From Longimicrobiales bacterium (GTDB lineage: Bacteria > Gemmatimonadota > Gemmatimonadetes > Longimicrobiales > Gaopeijiaceae), in the NCBI GenBank assembly GCA_965202805.1, contig OZ241869.1:2400001-2464000 (forward strand): a stretch of 64,000 nucleotides of DNA, read 5' to 3'. A model generated the notes under the pieces. The model saw only the letters and a program-made list of their open reading frames with translations. It was not told the DNA's origin and searched no databases. A program made the position numbers and the translations under genes. Below, piece after piece: positions 1-8,944 of the stretch. Every line of letters starts with the position of its first letter. Position 1 is the first letter of the stretch.

Positions 1-317
1 GTGGGCCCGTCGGGCCCGTCGATGGCGCCTTCGGGAACATAGGCGATGACCGGCGCCACCAGCGCGCTGCCCAACTCGCGCGCGATCAGGTCCGACGCGT
101 GGTTGATGATGAACTTGTGCTTGCCGAGCACCATGTGGGGCCCGTTCTGCTCCGTGCCGGCGGTGGGCACGATGATGGTGGTGACTCCCTCGTCGATGGC
201 GGCCCGCACCTCGGTCCAGGTCAGCTCGTCGAGGAAGACGGTGTTGGGCCGCTGCGCGGCGGCGGCGCTCGCGGTCACGAGCACGGCGAGCGCGGCGAGA
301 ATCGGCGTGCGAATCAT
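1..317 (-). CDS. Creatininase/creatinine amidohydrolase family protein with signal peptide (partial; 3' end runs off the window)
   Basis: Manual translation MIRTPILAALAVLVTASAAAAQRPNTVFLDELTWTEVRAAIDEGVTTIIVPTAGTEQNGPHMVLGKH shows the family LTW.E and P.G.TEQ.GPH motifs; AGGAGG RBS upstream of the ATG at 317. Confidence 0.8.
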   Translation of the reverse strand, partial: MIRTPILAALAVLVTASAAAAQRPNTVFLDELTWTEVRAAIDEGVTTIIVPTAGTEQNGPHMVLGKHKFIINHASDLIARELGSALVAPVIAYVPEGAIDGPDGP

Positions 318-352
318 TGGGGGGCCTCCTGGAGTGCGCGTAAGCGATGTCG

Positions 353-1339
353 TCACGGCTGTAGAATGGTGCATCCCTGCGTCTGCCGCGACTCCAGCGC
401 GCGATGGGCTTCAGCAGCTTCCGAGAGAGGAAAGCGCTGGCCGATGGTCAGCCCGATGCGGCCGGCCCGAATGTGTCCGAGCAGTTCGCCGGAGGCTTCT
501 TCCAGGTCCTCGCGGCGCTCGATGTAGGGCTTGAGCGAGGGACGGGCCACGCTGAGCCCCTTTGCGCTCAGCCGCAGCAGGTTGAGCGGAGGCACGGGGC
601 CGGAGGCGTTGCCGAAGGTGATCATCATGCCGAAGCGGGCCAGGCACTCCATCGAGCCCTCGAAGGTGGCCTTGCCGACCCCGTCGAAGACCACCGGGAC
701 ACCCCGTCCGCCGGTGATGTCGCGCACCCGCTCGACGAAATCCTCTTCCTTGTAGAGGATGACGTGGTCGGTGCCGTGCGCCCGCGCCAGGCGGCCCTTT
801 TCGGGGCTGCCGGCGGTGCCGATCACGGTGGCGCCCAGCGCCTTGCACCACTGGCCGAGGATCGTGCCGACTCCGCCCGCGGCCGCGTGCACCAGCACGG
901 TCTCGCCGGCGCGCACCCGGTAGGTGCGGCGGCAGAGATACCACGCGGTCATGCCCTTCAGCATGGCTGCCGCAGCGGCCTCGTAGTCGACGCCGTCGGG
1001 CATCGCGACCAGCTGGTCGGCGGGCATCACGCGCCGCTCGCAGTAGCCGCCCAGCACGCTCCCGTAGGCGACCCGGTCGCCGGGCCGGAAGGTCGGTCCG
1101 TCGGCGGCCGCCGGCCCCGCCGCCTCGACCACGCCGGCCGCCTCCATCCCGAGCACGGCCGGCAGCGACGGCACCGGGTAGAGCCCGCTCCGGTGATAGG
1201 TGTCGATGAAGTTCAGCCCGACCGCCTCCTGCCGGACGAGCACCTCGCCCGGCCCCGGGTCGGACAGGGGCACTTGTTCCCAGCGCATCATCTCCGGGCC
1301 GCCGAGCCCGTGGATGCGGATGGCCATGGTGGTGGTCAT
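353..1339 (-). CDS. qor: NADPH:quinone oxidoreductase (zeta-crystallin/MDR family)
   Basis: GLNFIDTYHRSGLY, HAAAGGVG nucleotide-binding motif, VFDGVGK, FGNASG. Confidence 0.92.
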   Translation of the reverse strand: MTTTMAIRIHGLGGPEMMRWEQVPLSDPGPGEVLVRQEAVGLNFIDTYHRSGLYPVPSLPAVLGMEAAGVVEAAGPAAADGPTFRPGDRVAYGSVLGGYCERRVMPADQLVAMPDGVDYEAAAAAMLKGMTAWYLCRRTYRVRAGETVLVHAAAGGVGTILGQWCKALGATVIGTAGSPEKGRLARAHGTDHVILYKEEDFVERVRDITGGRGVPVVFDGVGKATFEGSMECLARFGMMITFGNASGPVPPLNLLRLSAKGLSVARPSLKPYIERREDLEEASGELLGHIRAGRIGLTIGQRFPLSEAAEAHRALESRQTQGCTILQP

Positions 1340-1367
1340 ATCGGTGTGCTCAGGATCAGGGCCGGGA

Positions 1368-1709
1368 TCACGGAAGTTCAGCGATGCGCGCCAGACCGGC
1401 CCGGGACGCGCGCACCAGAGCTTTCAGCGTATCCCGCGGCGACTCGCCCATCTCCAGCTCCAGCACGCGTTCATAGAGCTGGGTGGCGAGTTCGATGTCG
1501 CCCCGGCCCTCCGCCAGCCCCGCCCTGCGTACCATCTCCGAGGGCGGATCCTCCGGTCGTTCGGCGGCGGGGTCGCGCACCAGGTTCGTCACCAGCGGCA
1601 GCGATAGCACGATCAGCCCGATGACCAGCAGCACGCGCCCGAGCTTGCGGTTGCGCCGGCGAAGCTCGACTCGGCGCTGCTGCGGTGACTCGGTCGGCTG
1701 AGAGGACAT
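1368..1709 (-). CDS. Small single-pass membrane protein with a TPR-like helical C-terminus
   Basis: Basic N-terminus, hydrophobic LLVIGLIVLSLPLV segment, TPR-like GDIELATQLYERVLEL. Confidence 0.55.
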   Translation of the reverse strand: MSSQPTESPQQRRVELRRRNRKLGRVLLVIGLIVLSLPLVTNLVRDPAAERPEDPPSEMVRRAGLAEGRGDIELATQLYERVLELEMGESPRDTLKALVRASRAGLARIAELP

Positions 1710-1865
1710 GTTTGCGTGGATTGCGGCTGCAAAGCGCGAGGAAGCGGCTCGCGTCCCGGCGTGCGGGAGGCGTCAGCGGGCCTCCGCCAAGGGGAAGACT
1801 ACGAGCCAACTCTCGCGCTTGCCGCGCCAGGGATCAAGAGCAGGCTCAGCCGGAACCTCCTCCCT

Positions 1866-2645
1866 TCATTGCCAGCCGATGGGCATGAGCGCCCGGGGCT
1901 TCTCGGCCATGCGCTGCATGAAGCCGTAGGTATAGGCCCGGATTTCCGCGCCGTATGAGAACACCTCGATCTGGTAGATCTGGGAGGGCGGATAACTCTC
2001 GAGTTCGTCCAGTCCGCGAATGGCCGGGATTTCATCGACGTACACCCGCGGGCTTACAATGCGTCCTCGTCTGCGGACGCAGCGCCATGCGGTCCAGAAG
2101 GTCGGACACGGAACCATCCGCACGAAGGCTTGAGATCGCAGAAACTCGAGGGCGTTGGCCGAAGCCGTCCTCAACATCCGCTCCTGATCGTACACGCGCG
2201 CGAAAAACGGTACAGCCCGCCGACGGGAGCGAAAACGCCTCTCCATCGTGCTGATGTTGTCGGCCACCGTCGTGACGCCATCGAGGAGGATCGGACGGGG
2301 TGTGAGCTCGATCTCGACGAAGATGCTGTCTGCGAGCATCTCGACCGCTGCCGATATTTCCTCGTATCCGAACTGGACTACGGCCAGAACCTCAAAGCCC
2401 GCGGCAACATCCTCGAACCGGAACCTGCCAAGCGAGTCCGTAAGCGCGCCGTAGTTCCGCTCCTCCAGATGGACTGCGGCCCCGGGGATCGGAATCCGGG
2501 TCAACTCATCGTAGACAACACCGTGCATCAGCACGGGGATGGCCGTGCGGTCCGCTTCCTGCGCCCCGGTTGTGGCGGGCAGACCGAGGGAGCACGCCAT
2601 GGCCAGGGTGCAACGGACCAGCGCCCGGGAATCGCCCCTTCGCAT
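1866..2645 (-). CDS. Secreted CarboxypepD_reg-like plus TonB-plug-like protein, paralogue 1 of 4
   Basis: Signal peptide; HGVVYD..T..PIPGAAV...TDSLGRFRF beta-sandwich; LLDGVT; VYVDE...L....P..I..IEVF plug-like tail. Confidence 0.75.
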   Translation of the reverse strand: MRRGDSRALVRCTLAMACSLGLPATTGAQEADRTAIPVLMHGVVYDELTRIPIPGAAVHLEERNYGALTDSLGRFRFEDVAAGFEVLAVVQFGYEEISAAVEMLADSIFVEIELTPRPILLDGVTTVADNISTMERRFRSRRRAVPFFARVYDQERMLRTASANALEFLRSQAFVRMVPCPTFWTAWRCVRRRGRIVSPRVYVDEIPAIRGLDELESYPPSQIYQIEVFSYGAEIRAYTYGFMQRMAEKPRALMPIGWQ

Positions 2646-2659
2646 CGTTGATGGAGGCG

Positions 2660-3547
2660 CTACGGCCAGAGACTGATGGGGATCAGCGCCATGGGTCTCT
2701 CGGCCATGCGCTGCATGAAGTTATAGGTGTAGGCCCGGATCTCGGCGCCCTGGGAAAAGACCTCCAGCGCGTAGATCTGCGCCGTCGGATAACTCTCGAG
2801 TACGTCCAGGCCGCCGATGGCCGGCACCTCGTCGATGTACACCTTCGGGCTGATCGTTCTTCCCCGGCGGATGATGCAGTTCGTCGACATTGCGCCGGTC
2901 AGCCGGGAGATTCCGTGCCAGCCGAGGTCCCGGGTGGAGTTCCCCGTTCCGAAGATGCCGGTGCCCGCGGGACACGGAACGGGAAAGTAGCGGGTATCCG
3001 AACGCAGGAACTCAAGAGCGTTGGACGACGCGCTGCGGAGCAGACGTTCCTGGCCGAACGCGCGGGCCTGATAAGGGACGGCCCGCCGCCGCGTGCGCAT
3101 GCGCCTCTCCATCGTGCTTATGTTGTCGACCACCGCAGTGACGCCGTCGAGCAGGATGGGCTGGGGCGTGAGTTCGATCTCGATGAAGGCACCGTCCTCG
3201 GGCACCTCGACCGGCGCCGCCGTCTCCTCGTATCCGAACTGGATTGCGGCGACAAGCTGGGGCCCCGGGAAGACGTCCGCGAAGCGGAAGACACCGGCGG
3301 AGTCCGACAGCACACCGTACCCTTCGTCGTCCAGATACACCGCGGCCCCCGCCACGGCGGCGCCCGTGAACGCATCGTAGACGATTCCGTGCAGCGGCAC
3401 GCGGATGGACGAGGGCTCCGCCTCCTGCGCATCGACTGCCGCGGGAAGCAGGAGGCAGACCATCGCCGGGAGGAGGCAAACGGCGGGCCTGGTCACGACG
3501 CCCACCCACCTTTGATACCATCGTCCTTCCGGTGTGCTTCGGAGCAT
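2660..3547 (-). CDS. Secreted CarboxypepD_reg-like plus TonB-plug-like protein, paralogue 2 of 4
   Basis: Same architecture; protein core nearly identical to paralogue 3; start codon uncertain. Confidence 0.75.
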   Translation of the reverse strand: MLRSTPEGRWYQRWVGVVTRPAVCLLPAMVCLLLPAAVDAQEAEPSSIRVPLHGIVYDAFTGAAVAGAAVYLDDEGYGVLSDSAGVFRFADVFPGPQLVAAIQFGYEETAAPVEVPEDGAFIEIELTPQPILLDGVTAVVDNISTMERRMRTRRRAVPYQARAFGQERLLRSASSNALEFLRSDTRYFPVPCPAGTGIFGTGNSTRDLGWHGISRLTGAMSTNCIIRRGRTISPKVYIDEVPAIGGLDVLESYPTAQIYALEVFSQGAEIRAYTYNFMQRMAERPMALIPISLWP

Positions 3548-3561
3548 CTCGTAACCGCCCG

Positions 3562-4362
3562 TTACGGCCAGAGGTTCAAGGGGACGAGCACCATGGGTTT
3601 CTCGGCCATGCGCTGCATGAAGTTGTAGGTATACGCCCGGATCTCGGCGCCCTGAGAATACACCTCCAGCGCGTAGATCTGCGCTGTGGGGTAACTCTCG
3701 AGTTCGTCCATCCCCCCGATGGCCGGCATTTCATCAATGTACACCCTGGGATTGATCATGCGTCCCCGTCTGATGACGCAGTATCCGACCGGGCAAGGGA
3801 CCGGGCCATACTGGGTCTCCCGCAACAGGAAATCGAGGATGTTGGACGACGCGCTGCGCAACAGCCGTTCCTGGCCGAACGCGCGAGCCTGGTACGGGAC
3901 GGCCCGCCGCCGTGTCTGCATACGCCTCTCCATGGTGCTGATGTTGTCGACCACCGCGGTGACGCCGTCGAGCAGGATGGGCTGGGGCGTGAGCTCGATC
4001 TCGATGAAGGCGCCGTCCTCGGGCACCTCGACCGGCGCCGCCGTCTCCTCGTATCCGAACTGTATTGCAGCGACAAGCTGGGATCCCGGGGGAACGTCCG
4101 CGAAGCGGAAGACACCCGCGGAGTCCGACAGCACGCCGTACCCCTCGCCGTTCAGATACACCGCGGCGCCCGCCACGGCGTTGCCCGTGAACGCATCGTA
4201 GACGATACCGTGGAGCGGGACGCGGGCGGCTGTGCTATCCGGGTCCTGCCCCGCAACGCTGGCGGGAAGGCCGGGCAGCGCAAACAGAATGGTTACTGCC
4301 AACGCGCACAATCGGCTGGCTCCCCTGCGGTTCCGAAGTTCTGGCTGGCGCGGTCGATTCAT
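3562..4362 (-). CDS. Secreted CarboxypepD_reg-like plus TonB-plug-like protein, paralogue 3 of 4
   Basis: Same architecture; conserved C-terminal GAEIRAYTYNFMQRMAE.P. Confidence 0.75.
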   Translation of the reverse strand: MNRPRQPELRNRRGASRLCALAVTILFALPGLPASVAGQDPDSTAARVPLHGIVYDAFTGNAVAGAAVYLNGEGYGVLSDSAGVFRFADVPPGSQLVAAIQFGYEETAAPVEVPEDGAFIEIELTPQPILLDGVTAVVDNISTMERRMQTRRRAVPYQARAFGQERLLRSASSNILDFLLRETQYGPVPCPVGYCVIRRGRMINPRVYIDEMPAIGGMDELESYPTAQIYALEVYSQGAEIRAYTYNFMQRMAEKPMVLVPLNLWP

Positions 4363-4371
4363 CGGCTACCG

Positions 4372-5259
4372 TCACTCCCGGACATCGACGGGGCCCAGCG
4401 CAACCGGTTCCTCGGCCATGCGCTGCATGAAGCGGTAGGTGTAGGCCCGAATCTCGGTGCCGTGTGAATACACCTCCAACAGATAGATCTGGGACGGTGA
4501 ATAGCTGGACAGTGCGTCCAGTCCGCCGAGGGCCGGTATTTCATCGACGTACACCCTCGGGCGGACGACCTGTCCCCTTCTGAGGACGCATTGATCCGAC
4601 ATCGCTTCGGGCTCCTCGCGGACGCCGTGCCATCCCCTGCGAAGGATGGCAAACCCGGTCCCGAAGATTCCGAGGCGGAAGGGACACGCGACCGGGCGAA
4701 AGCGGGTTTCGTATTCCAGAAACTCCAGGGTTGTGGTCGAAGGCGTCCGCAACATCCGCTCCTGATCGAACACGCGCGTAAAAACCGGCGTGGCCTGCCT
4801 CCGGTTGAGGAAACGCCTCTCCATCGTGTTGATGTTGTCGACCACCGCGGTGACGCCCTCGAGCATGATGGGACGGGGCGTGAGCTCGATCTCGATATCG
4901 GCGTCTTCGGACAGTTCGACAGGTGCCACTATCTCCTCGTACCCGAACTGGACCGTCGTGATGACCTCGGTGCCGCCAGGGACACCAGCGAAGTGGAACC
5001 TGCCGTGTGAGTCGGTGAGAACGCCGTACTTCTCCCGTTCCAGATAGACCGCGGCTTCAGGGACTGCGATGCCGGTCAGCGCGTCCAGGACGACCCCCCG
5101 GAGAGTGACGCCAACAGGACCGGGCTCGTCCTCCTGCGCATGGATGCCAGGGACCAGGAGGCAGCCCATCGCCATCAGAATGGCCGCACCGACGACGCGT
5201 CGCTGCAACCCTGCCGTTGTGCGTCGCTCCTCCCCTGGCCTCGTGCAAGAACGCATCAA
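4372..5259 (-). CDS. Secreted CarboxypepD_reg-like plus TonB-plug-like protein, paralogue 4 of 4 (first in transcription order)
   Basis: Same architecture; GTEIRAYTYRFMQRMAEEP. Confidence 0.75.
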   Translation of the reverse strand: MMRSCTRPGEERRTTAGLQRRVVGAAILMAMGCLLVPGIHAQEDEPGPVGVTLRGVVLDALTGIAVPEAAVYLEREKYGVLTDSHGRFHFAGVPGGTEVITTVQFGYEEIVAPVELSEDADIEIELTPRPIMLEGVTAVVDNINTMERRFLNRRQATPVFTRVFDQERMLRTPSTTTLEFLEYETRFRPVACPFRLGIFGTGFAILRRGWHGVREEPEAMSDQCVLRRGQVVRPRVYVDEIPALGGLDALSSYSPSQIYLLEVYSHGTEIRAYTYRFMQRMAEEPVALGPVDVRE

Positions 5260-5473
5260 AGTCGTTTCGCTCCAGCGCCTGGATCCGCCTTCGTCTACCT
5301 GGGTTCCCGCAGTCTTGCTACAGAGTGCCCCGACCCGTCATTCGCTGCAAGTTCCGCGCCGAATTCTGGACTTGCTTGAACACCTGCGCGCACGCCGGAT
5401 GCCCTCGTACTCAGGCCACTCCGGACAATCGCCGGCGCATGCCTTCCGGCAACCACGACTCAATGCGAATCCC

Positions 5474-5504
5474 TGCAAATCCGGCACTTGCTGTGCGATT
5501 TGCA
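5474..5504. promoter_or_regulatory. Inverted repeat between the batE end and the paralogue array (terminator or operator)
   Basis: TGCAAATC-cg-GCAC-ttgct-GTGC-GATTTGCA. Confidence 0.4.
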
Positions 5505-5547
5505 TGGTTGAACAGGATTGTCGGGGATGAAACCCGCGGCGTTGCTC

Positions 5548-6306
5548 TCACACCTCCTCCAGCACCTCCGCGCGCACCCAGCCCACCTTGCCGTCGTCGA
5601 GGACCACCTCGAGCCACTCCTCCGAGCGCCGGTCGACGCGCACGCGGGTGCCCTCGTGGATGACGAAGAGCTGGAGCGCGGGATCGTCCGACGGGGCGCT
5701 CTGGACGCCCACCTCGGCGAAGAGCACGACCGCATGGCGAGGTTGCCCCAGGCCGGTCTCGCGCACCGCCAGGGTCGTGCCCAGCACCAGCACGAGGATG
5801 CCCCCCGCGACCGCGGCACGCCGCGCCCACGCCGCCGCGCCCAGCCGCAGCACCAGCATCACCAGCGCACTGATCGCCATCAGGTAACCCGCGGTCGTAA
5901 GTCCGATGAGCAGTGAGCGCGGGAAGAGGTTCATCCACCACGATCCGACCCGGAAGAGCCAGAAGCGGGGCAGCGGAACGATCTCGTCCGCCCCCAGTGC
6001 GCGGGCCAGGTCCAGGTTGGCGAGGATGTCGGCGTCGCTGGGGGCGAGGCGCCGCGCCCGTTCGTAGTAGAGGATGGCCCGGCCCAGCTCGTTCGCCTTG
6101 AAGTACGCGTTGCCGATGTTGTAGTAGAGGTCCGGGCTCTCGAACCCCGCTTCGCGGATGCTCAAGTAGCTGTCGAGCGCGCCCTGGTAGTCCTCCTGCT
6201 GGTAGAGGCGGTTGCCCTCCTCGAAGAGTTCCTCCTGGGCGTGGAGCGGAGGGGGCTGGAGTGCCAGCGCGAGGAGGACTGCCGGAAGGATCGCCCGCGC
6301 GCTCAT
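5548..6306 (-). CDS. batE: BatE-like TPR plus SH3 membrane protein
   Basis: TPR (YYNIGNAYFKANELGRAILYYERA), two TM segments, C-terminal SH3b (LFVIHEGTRVRV...GKVGWV); ATG at 6306 overlaps the batD stop. Confidence 0.85.
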   Translation of the reverse strand: MSARAILPAVLLALALQPPPLHAQEELFEEGNRLYQQEDYQGALDSYLSIREAGFESPDLYYNIGNAYFKANELGRAILYYERARRLAPSDADILANLDLARALGADEIVPLPRFWLFRVGSWWMNLFPRSLLIGLTTAGYLMAISALVMLVLRLGAAAWARRAAVAGGILVLVLGTTLAVRETGLGQPRHAVVLFAEVGVQSAPSDDPALQLFVIHEGTRVRVDRRSEEWLEVVLDDGKVGWVRAEVLEEV

Positions 6307-8225
6307 CGGGCGAGGTGCTCCGCCATGGCCGCCATCGCGGACTCCACCTGTTCCAGGAAGCGGGCGCGCTCCCCGGGCGATGCGGTCGGGGGAGCGAAAC
6401 GCTGTCGGTCGCACTCCTCCAGGCACTCCAGGCAGGGGTCCGCAGCTTCGGCGGCGACGCCCCGGGCGGCCAGCCGGTCGCGCACCTCGTCCCGGATCAT
6501 GCCGGCGGCGGCGATGTTGAGCTTGTCCGCCAGGAAGCCCTCGAGGGCGTGGCCCGCTTCCGCGTAGAACGCGCGCACATCCTCTCCAGCCACCAGCTTG
6601 CGGGCCTCCGCGACGCGCTTGCGGGCCACCCTGGCCGCGCGCCTTGAACGGGCGTAGGCGACATCCCCGTGAAGCCGGTCGCGGTGGCGGCGCAGCCCGG
6701 CCGCTCCGCCCACCGTCGCCAGCGGCACGAGCAGGATGACCCAGAAGAGCGGGTGCGCGAACAGCGTGCGGTTGGCAAGCACCAGCGCCGGGGTGCCGAT
6801 GCGGATGAAGCGGATGTCGGTGCGCAGCTCCTCCACCCCCGCCCGCACCCTGCCCGTCCCCAGCGGCCCGTCCGCCGCCACCCCGGTGACCTCCACCGCG
6901 AGCGCCCCGCTGGCCGCGACCTCGTAGCTCTCGCTCGCGGGGTCGAAGTAGGTCAGCTCGACGGGCGGGATGGCGCCCACCCCCGGCACCCGCGGCACCA
7001 GCACGTAGTCGTAGGTGCGCGTCCCGCTCACCCCCGCGTCCGTGCGGTCGACGCGCTCGGTCACCTCGGGCGGGAAGGCCTCGAAGCCGGGCGGAATCTC
7101 CACCTCGGGCTCGGCCAGCATGCGCAGGTTGCCGCGCCCCGCCACCACCACCGTGAGCGTGACCGCGTCGCTGACCTGCACGCTGTCGCGGTCGAGGGTG
7201 GCGGTGACGTCCAGGTCGCCCACGAAGCCGGTGAAGTCGTCCGGGCGCCCGCCGGGCAGCGGCAGGACTTCAATCTCCACCGGCTGCGAGGCCGCCGCCG
7301 TCGAGATCGTCGAGTTCAGCAGCGACCCACGCCCGAAGAAGTCCTCGAACGGGTCGAAGGCCGAGCGGCGGCGCACCCGTACCTGGGCTTCGATGCCCAA
7401 AGGCTCGAGCGTCCGCCCACCGGACCCGGTCGGGAAGAGCGCCACCTTGCGGATGGTCGCGGTGGTGTATTGCATCCCGTCGCGGACGGTCTGCCCGATC
7501 ACCGGCTCACGCACCGGCGGATACTCCTCCACCCAGAAGCCGGTCGCGGGAGGCAACCGGGTGATGCTGTACGAACTCACGTTCACGCGCGTGAAGATGC
7601 GGTAGTCGACCACCACCGGCTGGTTCTCGTACACCCGCAACCGGCTCGGCACCGCCTCCACGAACAGGTCCTCGGGCGCGATGCCGCGGTCTGCCGCGCC
7701 CGGTCCGGCCGAGGGCCCCTGGGGGACGGGCGTGTCGGAGACGGTCAGCGTGAGTGGTGCCGTGGTGAAGGCGCCTCCGCCGATCTGAACGCCAATGGGG
7801 TCGATGGTGAAGGTGCCCGCGCGGGTGGCCTGGAAGCGGTACTGGATGGTGAGGGTGATGCTGGTACGCCCGCCGGACATCTGTATCGAACTCGAGGAGC
7901 CGCTCCCGAGATACACCGAGAAGGCGGTGAGGTCGGGGAGTTCGGGGTCCCGGTCCACCTGCTGCGCGCCGGAGACCTCCAGGTTGACCACGAACTGCTG
8001 CCCGACGCCCACCTGGCCGCTGCTCAGGTAGGCGCGCGCGGAAACCTCCTGGGCGGCGGCGTCTGTCGGGCCCGCGGCCAGCGCCAATCCGGGCGGCACC
8101 ACCGCGGCGAGCAAGATCGCCCAACGGCGGACAGCACGCCGGTGCATCCCCGTGCGCTGCGCCTCGTTCGGCGCGCAAACGCCCGCGAACACCAGGAACT
8201 CCCCCAACACCCGCACTCCCCTCAC
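6303..8225 (-). CDS. batD: BatD family protein
   Basis: Repeated BatD Ig-like modules (GFWVEE, G.GNL, YFDP....Y), C-terminal TM, position in the bat operon; true start may lie near 8147. Confidence 0.85.
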   Translation of the reverse strand: MRGVRVLGEFLVFAGVCAPNEAQRTGMHRRAVRRWAILLAAVVPPGLALAAGPTDAAAQEVSARAYLSSGQVGVGQQFVVNLEVSGAQQVDRDPELPDLTAFSVYLGSGSSSSIQMSGGRTSITLTIQYRFQATRAGTFTIDPIGVQIGGGAFTTAPLTLTVSDTPVPQGPSAGPGAADRGIAPEDLFVEAVPSRLRVYENQPVVVDYRIFTRVNVSSYSITRLPPATGFWVEEYPPVREPVIGQTVRDGMQYTTATIRKVALFPTGSGGRTLEPLGIEAQVRVRRRSAFDPFEDFFGRGSLLNSTISTAAASQPVEIEVLPLPGGRPDDFTGFVGDLDVTATLDRDSVQVSDAVTLTVVVAGRGNLRMLAEPEVEIPPGFEAFPPEVTERVDRTDAGVSGTRTYDYVLVPRVPGVGAIPPVELTYFDPASESYEVAASGALAVEVTGVAADGPLGTGRVRAGVEELRTDIRFIRIGTPALVLANRTLFAHPLFWVILLVPLATVGGAAGLRRHRDRLHGDVAYARSRRAARVARKRVAEARKLVAGEDVRAFYAEAGHALEGFLADKLNIAAAGMIRDEVRDRLAARGVAAEAADPCLECLEECDRQRFAPPTASPGERARFLEQVESAMAAMAEHLAR

Positions 8226-8944
8226 CGCCAGTTCTTGCGCGGTCTCCGCCCGAGCGAGTCCGCCCGGGGCGGGCGGTCGACCTCGTCGGGGTCTTCCTGG
8301 ATCGCCTGGAGCAGGCGCTCGGCCTCTTCGGGCGTCATCTGTCCGGGCGGCGGCTGGGCCGGCTGATCCTGCTCCTGCTCGTCGTCCCCGGGCGGCGGCT
8401 GGTCCTGATCCTGCTCGTCCTGCTCCGGATCTCCCTGCGGGGGAGGCTGCTGCTGATCCTGATTCTCCTGGTCCTGACTGTCCTGATTCTGATTCTGTTG
8501 TTCCTGCTGATTCTCCTGCTCCTCCATCTGCTCCAGCACGCGCTCGAGATTGTGCTTGGCGTCGGTGTCCCCCGGATCGATGCGGAGCGCCTGCTTGTAG
8601 GCCTCGAGGCTCGCGTCGAGTTGCTGCTGGCGGAAGAGCGAGTTGCCCAGATTGTACCAGGCGCCCTGGGCCAGCGCCGTGTCCCCGGCTTCGAGGGCGT
8701 CCTGGTAGGCCTCGAATGCGCGCTCGAACTCCTGGTTCCGGTAGAGCGCATTGCCCTCGTTGAAGCGGATCAGCGGCGAACCCGGATTCTCGCGCAGCGC
8801 CTCCAGGTACATCTCGTGCGCCTCGGCGTAGCGGCCCTCGGCATAGAGCCGGTTGGCCTCCTCGACCAGCGAGCGCTGGGCGCTCAGTGCACCGGGCGCA
8901 AGCAGGGCGCCCGCCATCAGCAGGAATGTCAGCCTGTTCTTCAT
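8222..8944 (-). CDS. batC: BatC-like TPR protein with a Q/D-rich low-complexity tail
   Basis: MKNRLTF signal peptide; AWYNLGNSLF, YKQALRIDPGDTDAKHNLE; QEQQNQNQDSQDQ tract; MTPEEAERLLQAI...KNW ending. Confidence 0.85.
   Translation of the reverse strand: MKNRLTFLLMAGALLAPGALSAQRSLVEEANRLYAEGRYAEAHEMYLEALRENPGSPLIRFNEGNALYRNQEFERAFEAYQDALEAGDTALAQGAWYNLGNSLFRQQQLDASLEAYKQALRIDPGDTDAKHNLERVLEQMEEQENQQEQQNQNQDSQDQENQDQQQPPPQGDPEQDEQDQDQPPPGDDEQEQDQPAQPPPGQMTPEEAERLLQAIQEDPDEVDRPPRADSLGRRPRKNWR

Noticed and set aside
1866..5259. Diversity-generating retroelement behind the paralogue variation
   Set aside because: No reverse transcriptase in the window; differences are mostly synonymous and not adenine-specific
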